A DNA stretch of 64,000 nt. It comes from the human T2T-CHM13v2.0 reference genome, Homo sapiens. This document shows, one piece after another, positions 1 through 14,899 of this stretch. Location: assembly GCF_009914755.1 (NCBI RefSeq), contig NC_060943.1, one strand, 5' to 3'. Position 1 is the first letter of the stretch, and every line of letters begins with the position of its first letter. Below the pieces are notes generated by a model. It did not search any database. It saw only the letters and a list, made by a program, of their open reading frames with translations, and had not been told where the DNA came from. The translations under genes and the position numbers were made by a program.

Positions 1-289
1 AATTACAGTACCTCATGTATCAACTGTGGATATTGTCCTACTGCATAGACATGGCCATGTGAAATCTATAGATCGAGGGTCTACTTACACCTGATAAGAC
101 TTGTCAGTAAATTATATCTTTATTATTGCTTCTAGGTTCCCTTCCTGGATTTTTAAAACTTGACTGCCTGGATTACTGGCTCTTTATTTAGGAAGAACTT
201 TGAAATTTACTTATATGAATTTCATCAGAGATATCCTTAAGACTCATTGCATGTTTCAAACTAACTTATTTTGGGGGATGGATTAGGGT

Positions 290-540
290 TGATGTTTGGA
301 TTTGGAGTCCTAAGAACTCAATATAGATCTCACTTTCCCCTTAATGCTAATATAACCCTGAGAAAGTTATTGAATCTCTCCAAACAATAGCCTTTCATCT
401 GTAATATTAATTATTTTGTTTGTAATAATAAAAGTAGCGCACACTCTTATATAACTTACTATGTTTCAGACCCTGTTCTTACTATTTTCCATTTCTTAAC
501 TCATTTAATCACATCACCTAATGTAATTCTTTCATCCCAA
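290..540. mobile_element. MIR fragments (two, opposite orientations)
   Basis: MIR core-like AACCCTGAGAAAGTTATTGAATCTCTC...TTCATCTGTAA and antisense AACTCATTTAATC. Confidence 0.45.
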
Positions 541-726
541 AGCTCAGCACATATTAGATACTGCAATGACAGTATCCCCTTTCATTTAGAAATGAAATAT
601 TAAAAGGCATAATTAATAGACGGAGCACAAAATTATCTATTGTAACATTTCTCACACATCTTGGTGATGCTAGTCTAAAAAATATTTTTACACTTATACT
701 CTGTGACCATTTTTTTCACTCTCTCC

Positions 727-765
727 CACACACACAGGCACGCACACACACACACACACACACAC
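727..765. repeat. (CA)n microsatellite
   Basis: Interrupted CA run. Confidence 0.9.
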
Positions 766-1439
766 GCATGCATGGTGAAAGAGCACGATTTGTGAAAATC
801 AATGTATCATTGCCTTTTCTATAATGTCCATCTCTATCCAATCCACCTGGTGTCACTGGGGACATCAGAGAGACCCTGTGCTTCAAAGACAAATGCCATC
901 TTAATTGGACAGGTCTCTTTTTAACATTTAACATTTCCTGTTGGACCTAGCTTACACTAGTCAATTTTTTTTTTTAATAAACAAGGGAAGGAAAAAAAAA
1001 ACATGATCTAAAACCCACATCTCTAAGTTATCAGTGTTTGGTGCAAATGCGTTGATTCTAGCATTCACGCGGGTGCAATGCCATACATGGGTATCAGCCA
1101 TATTAGACACAGGGCTCAGGGCTGTGTGCAACCTGCATCAGTGACTGAATATGAGTGACAACCCATGCAGCACTGTTAAACTACCACCTCACATCATTAC
1201 CCACAATAATAGGGACTCAAATTGGTGGAGATGACCCAAGTTCTGCCTACTGAGACCCAAGTTCTCTGTGGAAACACTGAAAGATGTCTTGCTCTTGATG
1301 GCCAGTTTGATGCAAAATCCCTGAGGAAGTGGAATGCAACGTGCTACCTTCTCTTCAAATTAAACCCAGGCTCCAAAGCCACGTGGTGAACCCGCTACGA
1401 GGACAGCATGACTCAGGAAGAACCCTGCTTATGGACTTC

Positions 1440-1570
1440 GATAGCAGAGAGGCCTGGATTCAAATATCAGCTGTCACCTGCTCTTTTCTGAACCAATGTT
1501 TTTTTGTTAGGATTAGATGAGATGATACTGATGTACTCTGTAAACATAGAAGGCTTTCAGTAAATGGCAG
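1440..1570 (+). mobile_element. MIR fragment
   Basis: CCTGGATTCAAAT...AGGATTAGATGAGATGAT...CAGTAAATG. Confidence 0.45.
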
Positions 1571-2315
1571 AAGAAGCAAGAAAAGTAACAATAATATTTG
1601 CCTCTCCTTTCCTACCTCTTCCCTTGAGCTCCAAATTTATGCAGAACTCAACCTAATAAGTCAGACTCACCATCTAGACCTTAAACTTGCAAAAACCAGA
1701 AAGCTGGGTCATCACCACATCCTCTCCTCTCCATTCTCACCAATTGTGTAGCTAAATCAAGACCTTCACTGGACTACAGCTTTGGACTTTGCTTCAGAAG
1801 TCAGAATTTTCTTCCTTCTTCTAAATAGATACTGAAGCAAGATGAAGAACACAAAAAAATGTGCTTAAAAATATTTAGGGAAATTAAAAGATAAATGCAA
1901 TGCAAGACTCCAAGATACATGTGAGGCTGTCAAAAGCAGCTGAGATTGAGGGGAAGCCACACAAGAGGACGTGAAAAGAGATGCAGCATGTGGCCTCAGG
2001 ATCAAATGGTGCCATCTTTCAGGAAGGACAAGCAGAAAGATATTTTTTAAAGAAGGACTCAGGTGAGAGTCCTGAAGTGCAAGGTTATTCCTGTTTTCAA
2101 CAATGGGACCAGGTAATAGAGCAAACTGCGCTTACGCTCAGAACATGGTTGGCCTGGCTTGGGACAAAATAGCAGAGTCAGCCATAGTTGCAGGAAGCAG
2201 TCTGTCTCTGAGGCAACAGAAAACAGAAAATATTTTTATTTATTTAAAAAATGTAGCTATATAAGTTGTACAATATGATGTTTTGATATGCATACATATA
2301 GTGAAATTATTACTA

Positions 2316-2497
2316 CAGTCCCCAACTTATGATGGTTTGACTTACTACAGCTTTTGTCATGGTGCAATAGTGATTGGCAACCACAGGTTTTCAGATTTAA
2401 GCACCACTGGTTCTTTGACCAAAGATACTCTGCGCTGTATTTTCACGTGATGGGTTTATGAGAATGTAATCCCGTTGTATGTGGAGGATCACATGTG
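2316..2497. mobile_element. Tigger2-family MITE (MER8-like)
   Basis: Ends CAGTCCCCAACTTATGATGG... and ...GATGGGTTTATGAGAATGTAATCCC; TA flanks at 2314-2315 and 2498-2499. Confidence 0.6.
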
Positions 2498-2659
2498 TAC
2501 AGTCAACTAAATATCCCATCCATTGTCTCACGTAGTTACCTCTTTGTGCATGTGTATCATGAGAGCAACTGAAATAGACTCTCTTAGCAAATTTTCCAGT
2601 TTACAATTCAGTATTCTTAACTATAGTCCTCATGCTGTACATTAGATCTCTAGACTTAG

Positions 2660-3037
<378 letters not shown>

Positions 3038-3599
3038 ACATATTCCACATATAAATGAAATCATGCAACATTGCTCTTTCTATGTCTGGCTTATTTCACT
3101 TAGCATAATGTCCTCCAGTTTATTCATATTGCTACAAATGGCAGGATTTCCATTTTAAGGCTAAATAATATTCCACTCTGTGTGTGTGTGTGTGTGTCAC
3201 TTTTTTTAAATCCATTCCTCTGTCCATGGATAACTTAGGTTGATTCCTTATATTGGCTATTGTGAATAATGCTGCAATGAACATGGGAGGCCAGGTATCT
3301 CTGAGGCAGTGATTTTATTTTCTTTGGATGTGTACCCAGAAGTGAGATACCTGGATCATATGATGCTCCTATTTTTGAGAAGCCTTCATACTGTTTTGTA
3401 TAATGACTGCAACCATCTACATTCCCATCAGCCTCATAATGGGGTACAAGGGTTCCCTTTTCTTCACACCCTTGCTGGCATTGTTACCTCTCATCGTTTT
3501 GACAACAGTTGTTCTAACAGGTGTGAGGTGATATCTCATTGCAGTTTTGATTTGCAACTCAGAAGGGAAAATCTGACACGTGAGATCTGAAAGGCTCCC

Positions 3600-6500
3600 C
3601 ATCGCCCATCCCTTGGTCCTCCAAGGCCATGCCTTACCTCCACCTGGAATTTCTGCTAGTGCCTAGCAGGGAAAATTAAACACATCCAACTATGAGTCAT
3701 AAAAGGAGTGGACATGATTCCTATAAAGAAATCTCGAAAGGAAAAATTGGAAAAGAGTCACAAAACTTAACAAAATGAAAAACGCTCACCAGAAATTATA
3801 TTTCCATAGGGTAGGTAAGAACTATGACCGAATATGTGGTAATGACTTAAAAAATGGAAAATGATTACATCTATAGAGGAAGATTTTTAAAAAGAAACAA
3901 TTATCTCATGTACATTAGCTTGGTGTTAAAGGATGTCATTCAAAAATGAAAAATCTAGTGATAAATCACACATATACATATAAGCAATGAGGTATTGCAT
4001 TAGTCTGTTCTTGCATTGCTTTAAAGAAATACCTAAGACTGGGTACTTTATAAGGAAAAGTGATTTAATTGGTTCACAGCTCCACAGGCTGTATAGGAAG
4101 TATGGCAGCTTCTGCTTCTGGGGAAGGTGCAGGGTGCTTCCAATCATGGTGGAAGGCAAAAAGGGAGAGAGATGTCTCACATGGCCAGAGCAGGAGGAAG
4201 AGGGTGGGGGTGCCGCACAGTTTTAAAAAAAACAGATCTCGTGATAACTCTATACACAAACAGCACTAGAAGGATGATGCTAAACCATTCAGGAGAACCA
4301 CCCCTCACCCTCCATGATCCAATCACCTTCCACCAGGCCCCACCTCCAGCACTGGGGATTATAATTCAACATGAGATTTGGGTGGGGACCCAGATCCAAA
4401 CCATATCAGATATATACTAGCAAACTATTACAAACTAAAATTGGGTGATAGAAGGGAAAGGAAGAGAAAGAAAGGAAAAACAAATATGTTAATTGTATCA
4501 TTAATTATGGCAGGGAATGAAGAAGAGATTGTCTAAAGAAATAAGAACTAAAAGTCTCATATAAAGTTATAATTGCAGATGTTATAACTAGTAAGAAATA
4601 CAAACCTTTTTAAATATCAGGAGAATCAAAGCACATAAAATAAATGACATAGTAGAGGACTTTAAAAAACAAAAAATGTAATATACAATGATATCTCAGA
4701 ACCTAGACCAAATATACATCATGGAAAATGTCAATGGGCTCAACTGATCTATCAGAAACATTTTCAGTTGTTTGTCCCACAAAGCAAAGCTGGCCTCAGC
4801 TGTAGTCCAAAGACACATTAGACCATTTGTTCAGCAAAGTTGAATATAAAGGGACGTTTAACGGATACCCAAATAGATGTAAACAAAAGGAAGCAGAGGC
4901 CATACTCTTCATATCTGAGAAGGTAGACTTCAGGATAAAAGCATGAAATGAGACATACAAGTGCACTTCATAATTCTAAAGGGGAGAGATTCACAGTGAC
5001 GATACAAACATTCTGAATACCCACGCATCCGAAGCAACAAGAATGCAGCAGGAATTACAGGAGACTCGGGAGAAACCGGCAGTCATGCTCGTAGCAGGAG
5101 GCCACTCGCCACTCTCGCCCATGAGAGGCCAAGTGGACCCAGAATTAGAGTCTAGCAGTCCTCGATAACATAAGTACTAAGACAGACTGTGCTGAGTCAT
5201 ACAGACCACATACCTTGACAATAGATCACTTATTTTCATTTTCAAATGCCCATGAAAACATTTATAGAAGAACAGATCACATTCTAGGCTACAAAGAAAC
5301 TCCAATACATATTTTAAAAATCAGAAAGGTGTAGATATTATTCTCTGATCATAATATAATAAAAACAGAAGTAAATAAGATCAGAAAATAAACAAAATCT
5401 TTTCCACCTGAAAATTTAAAAAAAAAAATTGCTCTTAGGTTAAAAAAAAAGCTCCTAGATTAAGGAAAAAACACAACCCGAAATTTAAGAATGTCTTTAA
5501 AATAATAGTGAAAATACTATATTTCAGAAACTATGAATACAGCTATAAAACACTCTGAAAAAAGTAATAAACTCAAAAATGTATATCAATTTTTAAAAGA
5601 GAGAATGAAAACAAATGAATTAGGCATATGACTTAACAAGTTAGAAATAAAACAAAATGATAAGGGAAAAATCAATAAAGATAAAAGCGGAAATTAATAA
5701 GATAGGAAACTAGAAATCCAGAAAACTAAAGAATAAATTCCCAAGCTGTTTCTTTAGAGTAAGGAGAAGAACAATAAGATAAGAAACCCAAAACAGGTAT
5801 AAGCTTTGGCAAATTTTATTAACTTTTAAAAAAAATCAGCTGATCTGATAATGCTTAAACTATTCTAGGGCATTTTTTTTTAAAAAGGAAATTATCAAAG
5901 TCTTTTATTGAAACAAATACAACAATACACCCAAACCTGAAAGAGATTGGACCCTAAAAAATTAAAAAACAAAAAAAGTCTAATCTTATTATGTACATTG
6001 GTGCAAAAATCATCTGTGAAATTTAAACAAACCACATTCATTAGATCATCAAAAAACAATAAGCTATAAAAATGGGGTTTTATTTCAGAAATTTAACAAT
6101 GGCAAAATAATACAAAAATCCACTAAATAAGTCAATCTGCTACTAGATTTAAGGAGAAAAACATATGATTATCTCAAACACGAACAAAAAGTACTTGTTA
6201 AAATTTAACAATTCTTGATTATATAAAGGAACAGCAAAAGTTCAATAAAATAAGACTAATAAATAAAGATTTCCTAGAAATGTATACAAAAGGAAATGGC
6301 CAAGTTGAAAGTGGGGGCCAGGAAAATTCACAGAAAAGAAAAAGTATATGATTCAAACATAAGAAAAAAAAGAAACTTCGCTTCACTCTAATGAGAGATC
6401 CCCCAAATTAAAGCTATCTTGAGCTGCCATTTTTCACCTATTGAATTGGCAAAAATCCAAAAGTTTGATAACACTCTGCTAGTGAGATTATGGGAAAACA

Positions 6501-6960
6501 GATACCATCTATTGCTGTTGGGAATATGAATTGGTGTAACCCCTGTGGAGGGCAAATCAGCACCATCTATCAAAATTACATATGTATATACCCTTTGACC
6601 CATCAATTATACATTTGGGAATTTATCCTCCAGTTCCACTTGCACACGTGTGAAATGATGTCTGTGCAAGGTTATTCATTAGTGTTGCTTGTAAGAGCAA
6701 AAATGCCAAACAACCTAAATGTCCATCTAGAGGAAACTGGTTAAATAAATTATGGTACATCCATACACTATAATACCACGAAGCTATTAAAAACATGAGG
6801 ACACTTTCCATATATGGATATGGAAAGATTGCCACAACATACCATGAAGTTAAAACAAATAAACAAAAGCAATGCGTCAAACAGCATGTACGTTGAGATG
6901 CCTTTTGTGTAAAAGGAAAAAAAATATGTATTTGTGTTAGGTTGCAAGCAATTTTGTTGT
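3600..6960 (+). mobile_element. Ancient L1M relic (ORF1 remnant, ORF2 endonuclease/linker, 3' end)
   Basis: AATGTCAATGGGCTCAAC = NVNGLN endonuclease motif at 4727-4744. A-rich degenerate ORF2; L1ME-like 3' end at about 6290-6960. Confidence 0.65.
3996..4408 (-). mobile_element. MSTA/MSTB MaLR solo LTR
   Basis: TGCATTAGTCTG...AAACCATATCA termini; 5-bp TSD GGTAT/GATAT. Confidence 0.88.
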
Positions 6961-7399
6961 CTTAAGAAATAATCCTTCAAATGTTGACTCCAACCCATTT
7001 TTTTCTGGTTGATCACCCACTGTTGGTTCCTCCAACTTGCACCCCGCTCTGACCATACAACCTATGTTCTAGTTACATGGAGCCATTTGACAGTCTCTGG
7101 ATATCTTTGTGTATATTGTTTCTTCTGCCTAAAGCACCAAGGGGCCTGTGTCTGCCCCATGATCCAGTTCCAATAGCACCTCTGCACTGGGCACAGAGTG
7201 AGTGGCTCCCTTCTCCATAGTCACGTGCACATTCTTCGTTTTTGGATTGTACTGAGATTCTTTGCTCAGATATGTAACTCCCCACAAAAGACCTTCAGAA
7301 ACCCAGGACCATGGTTCATGTATTTTACTTTCCTATGTGTCCCCATGACTTTTCCAGCCCAGATCACACATGCGATCAATATGCTTTAAATGATGAGGG

Positions 7400-7845
7400 G
7401 TTGTAAACAGCCTAATGTCCATTGGTGAATGAATGGATCAACAAAATATGGTATAGACATAATGGAATATTATTCAGCCACAGAATGGAAAGAAATGCTG
7501 GCACATGCTATAATATGGATGAAGCTTGAAGACATTCTATAAACTGGAATAAGCCAGACACAATAGGACAAATGTTGCAGGATCCCACTTCTATGAGGCA
7601 CCTACAGCAGTCGAATTCATAGAGACACAGTGGAATGGTGGTTGCCAGGGGCTGGAGGAGGGGAAACAGGGAGTTACTGTTTAATGGGTACAGAGTTTCA
7701 TTTTGAGGAGATGAAAAGGTTTTGGAGATGGATGGTGATGGATGGATGGTGATGATGATTGCCTAACAATGCTACTGAACAGTGCACTTAAAAATGATTA
7801 AAATGGTACATTTTATGTGATGTATATTTCATCACAATAAAAAGT
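7400..7845 (+). mobile_element. L1MB-like 3' end
   Basis: TGGAATATTATTCAGCC...GGTTGCCAGGGGCTGG...AATAAAAA. Confidence 0.8.
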
Positions 7846-7898
7846 ATGACTTAAATGGGGTACCCAAAGAATCCTTAAGATCGAAAGTCTTTACCCTT

Positions 7899-8252
7899 GG
7901 TTAGGTGCCATGGCTCATGCCTATAATCCCTGCACTTTGGGCGGCTGAGGCAGGAGGAGGATTGCTTGAGCCCAGGAGTTTGAGACCAGCCTGCATAACG
8001 TAGCGAGACCTTGTCTCTATAAAAAATACAAAAATCAGCCTGGCATGGTGGCATGTGCCTGTTGTGCCAGGCACTAAGAGACTGATGTGTGAGGATTGCT
8101 TGAGCCTGGGGAAGTCGAGGCTGCAGCAGTGAGCTGTGATCTGCACCACTGCACTCCAGCCTGAGTGACAGAGGTCCTGTTTTTTTTTTGTTTTTTTTTT
8201 TTTTTTTAAAAAGACCCACATCCTCTCATCTTCTGCCAAAGAAGGAAAAAGA
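7899..8252 (+). mobile_element. AluJ with atypical 3' end
   Basis: GGATTGCTTGAGCCCAGG (J-type); TSD AAAGTCTTTAYCCT at 7884-7897 / 8253-8266. Confidence 0.85.
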
Positions 8253-8759
8253 AAAGTCTTTATCCTGCAGAACATTTTTGTATCCTGTTCCTGAACATGG
8301 TAAATATTGTGCATTGCTTCCCTGTTCATCTGTCAAAATCAATTCTACCCTTAGAAAGCTCTCCTGGGACTTCATCGAAAGCTATAAATAAGCGGTCACT
8401 GAGGCCTTAGTAAATAGGCTGCACCATTCATTTGTCAATAAATATTGATGACCCCCTAGGTGGCAGACACCAGGTGCTGGGGATACAGAAGTGAAAAAGA
8501 TGGGCATCTCTCCTCACCTCAAGGGGCTTACCCACAATGCTGAATCCACAGACCTCTTAAGTCACTTTCAAGACCCTTTGCCTCCAGGTCCTTCTGTCAA
8601 GGAGGTCACCCACTCCATGGCCCCCTCCTCTCCTCTACCCTCTGTAGCAGTGTTCGCATAGGATGCTGTGCGTCCGCTAATGTTCCACAGCAGAGAACCA
8701 ATTCCCTTAAGTAAATAAAACACAAAAAGTTTATGAAATACATCGTCTGGGTAGAAAAG

Positions 8760-9040
8760 CAATGCTCATTTATATGTTTTATTTGTGAGTGGGTTATTGC
8801 TGGGGTAGAGAAGTGCTATTGATTTTTGTATGTTGATCTTGAATCCAGCAATCTTGCTAAACTCCATTATTAGTTCTAAATGTGTGTGTGTGTGTGTGTT
8901 TATTTCTTTGGTTATTCTGGGTAGATGATAATATCATTAGCAAATATGCCCGTTTTATCTCTTCCCTCCCAATCCTGATTTTTTTTTTCCTTCATCATGT
9001 TGGCCATGACCTTTTCAATAAAATTTCAAAAACAAACAAT
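8760..9040 (-). mobile_element. L1ME fragment with (TG)n
   Basis: TTGATTTTTGTATGTTGATCTTG...CTTGCTAAACTCC. Confidence 0.55.
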
Positions 9041-9987
9041 GATAAGGCATCCAAAAGGATCAATTTTATTATATTGAAATAAAAAAAACCTGTTCAAAGA
9101 AACCAGGAACAATGTTACTAAATGCTAGAACAAGAGAAGAGATTTGCCAAACCTAAAACAACAGGGGATTACTGTTTCTAGATCATGTAAGGAATTTCTG
9201 CATATCAACAAGGAGAAAATGTTAACCTAATGGAAAAATGGTCAGAGGATATGAATAAGTAATTCATAGAAGAGAAAACTTTAACAAGCACATTGGTGAG
9301 ATGCTTACAATCATTAATCAGAGAAATGCAAATTAAAACAATAATAAATATTACTTTATACATATTAGACTGGCTGACTGGTAAGCCGAAGAATGCAACA
9401 TGTTGAAGGGAGTGTGGGCATATACAATTGTAATTCACTGATTCAGGGAATGCGATTGGTACAGCAATTCTGGAGAAAATTGGGCAGCCTAGTCACATGT
9501 TTTTTTCTTGGCTTGGCTTTTTATTTACTTTTTCAATTTTATTTTACTTTAAGTTCTGGGAATACATGTGCAGAACATGCCGGTTTGTTACATAGGTATA
9601 TATGTGCCATGGTGGTTTGCTGCACCTATCAATCCATCATCTAGGTTCTAAGACCAGCATGCATTACGTATTTCTCCTAATGCACTCTCTGTCTTTGCCC
9701 CCAACCCCCTGACAGGCCCAAGTGTGTGATGTTCCCCTCCCTGTGTCCATGTGTTCTCATTGTCCAGCTCCCACTTATGAATGAGAACATGCAGTGTTTG
9801 GTTTTCTGTTCCTGTGTTAGTTTGCTGAGAATGATGGCTTCCAGCTTCATCCATGTCCCTGCAAAGGACATGAACGCATTCTTTTTTATGGCCGCATAGT
9901 ATTCCCTGGTGTATATGTGCCACATTTTCTTTATCCAGTCTATCATGGATGGGCATTTGGGTTGGTTCCAAGTCTTTGCTATTGTAA

Positions 9988-11160
<1,173 letters not shown>

Positions 11161-11999
11161 TTCGTGTGCATGTGTCTTTATAGTAGAATGATTATATAGT
11201 AGAATGATTTATAATCCTTTGGGTATATAACCAGTAATGGGATTGCTGGGTCAAATGGTATTTCTGGTTCTAGATCCTTGAGGAATTCCACAATGGTTGA
11301 ACTAATTTACACTCCCACCAACAGTGTAAAAGTGTTCCTATTTCTCCACAGCCTTGCCAGCATCTGTTGTTTCCTGACTTTGTAATAATCTCCAATGTGA
11401 CTGGCGTGAGATGGCACGTGCTCCTGTGCTTCTATCCCCCACGTTTCCACACATGGCCCTTAGTGGACACATAGTGAGAAGTTGATGGTAGCATGGTTTG
11501 ACGTGCCAAATAGTTGGAGGCAGTTGGGTTGTCCATTATTGGTGTGTGGACAGACAAAATACCGTGGTTGCAAGCCATGGGTCAGATGCAGCAATTGAAA
11601 AAAAAAAATTCTAGACGTACAGATACCAAACTGGATGGGTCTTGAAAACATAGTGCCGAGTGAGAGAAAGTCAACAAAAGGTTATAATGTCTCAACCAAT
11701 ACTGTTTACATAAAATCAAGTTTCACGCATACAAATCAATTGTACACATTTTGCAAGAACACATGTAGACACAAAAAGCAAGTATAAGTCAAACATATCA
11801 AAACGGTTGCCTATTGGGAAAGGAAAAGGGGATAAAGTGAATGAATAAATACAACAAAAGCGGACCCTCGTACAGAGTGATGGTGGCAATGCCCCATGAC
11901 AAAAGAGTGAGATTCTTTTCGTAAAAAAAGAAGAAAAACTAAAAAGACCTCTGCTGAGAGAACAAGGGCTTCCAGAGAGAAAGAATAGTAGTAATCAGT

Positions 12000-12069
12000 G
12001 TCTCCCATGCAAGCACTAACCAGGCCTGACCCTACTTAGCTTCTGAGATCAGGTGTGTTCAGGGTAGAC
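12000..12069 (-). pseudogene. 5S rRNA pseudogene fragment
   Basis: Minus strand reads GTCTACCCTGAACACACCTGATCTCAGAAGCTAAGTAGGGTCAGGCCTGGTTAGTGCTTGCATGGGAGAC = 5S nt 1 to ~91 with two internal deletions. Confidence 0.88.
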
Positions 12070-13814
12070 ACAACCCGCTGTCTCAAGAGTTGCATGGGGC
12101 TTCTAGCTCAGCCAAAGCACCATCACAAGATGTTCGACACTGCAAGAAGCCCACGAGGAGCGGCACCAACCACACAATATGGGGCTACAGTGAACTCCAA
12201 GGGAAGGCAAGACTGGGAAGAAAGACAAGCCTTTTTACCTGCTTCCCACCTGGGGCAGAAAATGAGGTGGTGGCACCCAAGAGGGAAGAGGGATAGGAGG
12301 AGGATGGGGAGTATCTCGTTAATCTCACCACCCACTGCCTTCCTTGTGCTATTTCGTGCACAAGGAGGGGCGTCTTGTCTACATATCTGGCCAGGCTCCA
12401 AGCCCTCTGTTGCCAGTGAGATACGTAAGTGTGCAGGAGGAGCAGACCTGGGGAGCGGAGAGACCAACCCTGTATTCATCCTATGGAGGGAGTACCTCCT
12501 TCTCTAAGCTCTGATTTATAGAAGATAAATAATTGGCCTCAGCAGGCAGTCAGGCAGGAACACACCTCGCTTTCCCTGGGTTGCTTCTCTTGAATATATC
12601 ATTTGATGTTGCAGCAGAATTGGGGTTGCACCCCCATGTTAACCGATGCCCTCCAGAAAGCCAGGGGCAGCGAGAGGCCAGCCATGGTGGAAGCGGCCTT
12701 TTATGAGTGTGTGTCAAGAAAGCCTGTGGTGTAGCGAGCTAGACTGTTAGAGATTACATATTGACCTGGCTCCCTGAATTTATTCTCTGCTGGTTGTGGA
12801 TTGTTCACACCAGTCCCTTGGAAAGTCTGCCACCCTGCAGCTCTCACGATGCTGTTAGGGACGGGGAGTCCACGGGGTTTACCTGTGTCTCTGGGCTATC
12901 TGGAATACAGGAACTGGAAGGAAAAACACATTTGGTAAAAATGTAGTGCCTGCAGAGGGTGGGTTTGAGTGGATCCTATGGATTGAGCTGGGAGCCAGGG
13001 GCTGGTCATCAATTCAGAATAAGACCTGTCTGAACACAGTGGAACTCTAGAGTGATCTGCAGTATAATTTAGGGCAGTTCTGCTCATGACTCCCAGGCCT
13101 GGGGGTTGGAAGTGGGCCTGAGAGGAGCAAGCTTGGTGCCCATAGCTAAGTGATTAGACATTATCCTTGAGCACTGACTCCTGCTTAGGAGGTCAGCACT
13201 GCTCTCCCACCTGTGTGACGGCCGGGAAGGAGGCGGCACGGTGGGTCTGTAAGGTGGAGGCCCACGGCTTCTGCCGGCATCGCGGGGGCTCTGACACCAG
13301 AATGGCATGATTCAGGAAACAAGTTTAGGAGCCAATCACCAGTTTGGATGGGGGCTGAAATCCCTGGCTTCTTCAAATATACACCTTCGTAAAAATTTAG
13401 GAGATTCATGCAAAAACTTGGAAAGCAACCCAAATGCAAACCCACTCACAAGCATTGAGTGGAAGGAACATCTATTTTAAATGTAATAGGCCCACAATTC
13501 TCACCCTTGAGTAGCATCTTCCAGGCTTTCAAAGAGCACAAGGGGAATTTTGCATGGTTTTCTTGGGCTGCAGGGCGAGGAGAGATGGTCTACTTCTTTT
13601 TGATTCCCACGGGCCTCCAGAAGGACTTCTTGGTGGTCCCAGAAATGTCATCGGGCGACCACCACAGTTCCACAGGGAGGGAGGTGAACGACCAGGGCTC
13701 CTTATTCCATAGATGAATGAACGAAAAACTGGTCTTGCAAACCTGTGCTAGCGTGCATTTGTGATAACTGCCTGCAGCTGAGACACAAGCCTGTATCTTT
13801 GCTTTGTGGTATTC

Positions 13815-14118
13815 TTTTATTTATTTATTTATTTTGAGACAGGGTCTCGCTCCATTGCCCGGGCTGGAGTGCGATGGTGAGATCATAGCTCACTGCAGCC
13901 TTGACCTCCAGAGCTCAAGAGATCCTCCCACTTCAGCTTCCCAAATAGCTGGAATCACAGGGCACCACTGTGCCTGGCTATTTTTTTATTTTACTTTTTG
14001 TAGAGGCAGGGTCTCCCTTTGTTGCCCAGGCTGGTCTTGAATTCCTGGGCTCAAATTATCCTCCCACCTCAGCCTCTCAAAGTGCAGCAATTACAGGTGT
14101 GAGTCACCACACCTGGCC
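13815..14118 (-). mobile_element. AluJ
   Basis: Antisense dimeric Alu with J-type features and a (TTTA)n tail. Confidence 0.88.
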
Positions 14119-14899
14119 TTGGAGCATTCTCAATCATCTAAAGTTATCCCTCTGGACAGGAGGGTATTGGCTGCCAGTCTGACACCCTTCTCCTCCCCCT
14201 GGCCATCCCCCAGTCTGTGTATTGTGTACAACTTTGAGACCTCTAGTATCAAGCATACTCCATGCAGCAATGCAATAATTAGCAGGACATGGCCTGAGCG
14301 ACCTGAAAGAAATAATGACATCTCCAACATGCCAACCTTGCACCCAAGGCTCGGCTTTCACTCCCAAAGAATTAAAGTCAACATGTGTTTGGGCATCAAA
14401 TCAGAGAAAACTGTCAACTCTTTCGATTTGTCAGTTCTGCAGTACTGAAATTTCTTTCTAAAAACAGTATCCAGTTTCAAGTATGAAAGAAGGGAACGTA
14501 TAATACAGATGTTTCATGAAGTTTGAAGTAGCAAGAGTCCAAAACCATCACTTTTACATTATCAGCCACCTCTGAAGAGTTCAAAGCATTTTTGTGAACA
14601 TTTTAGGGCAAAATTTCTTGACAATAGACTGTGCAGAAATTATCCTTATTTTTGCAAAAATAAATGAATGAACTTTAGAACTGATAAAGTTCTGCTGATT
14701 CCTATTCTTAAAACCCAGCGGACAAAGCCACGCTTTCAAAGTAGTACTCATACCTTCCCAGGCTGTGCTGGCTCTTTCAGGACTAGCCAGGCAAAGGCAT
14801 GCTTGCAAACATCAGGTGAGCCAAGAGAAGGGCAGCCTTGTAACCCTGTAAGGGTAGTGGCAACCAGAATGTTCTTGGTCTATTTAGAGGAGGCAGCCA

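Noticed and set aside
12055-12507. 150-aa ORF
   Set aside because: Starts at a GTG inside the 5S pseudogene; no homology recognised.
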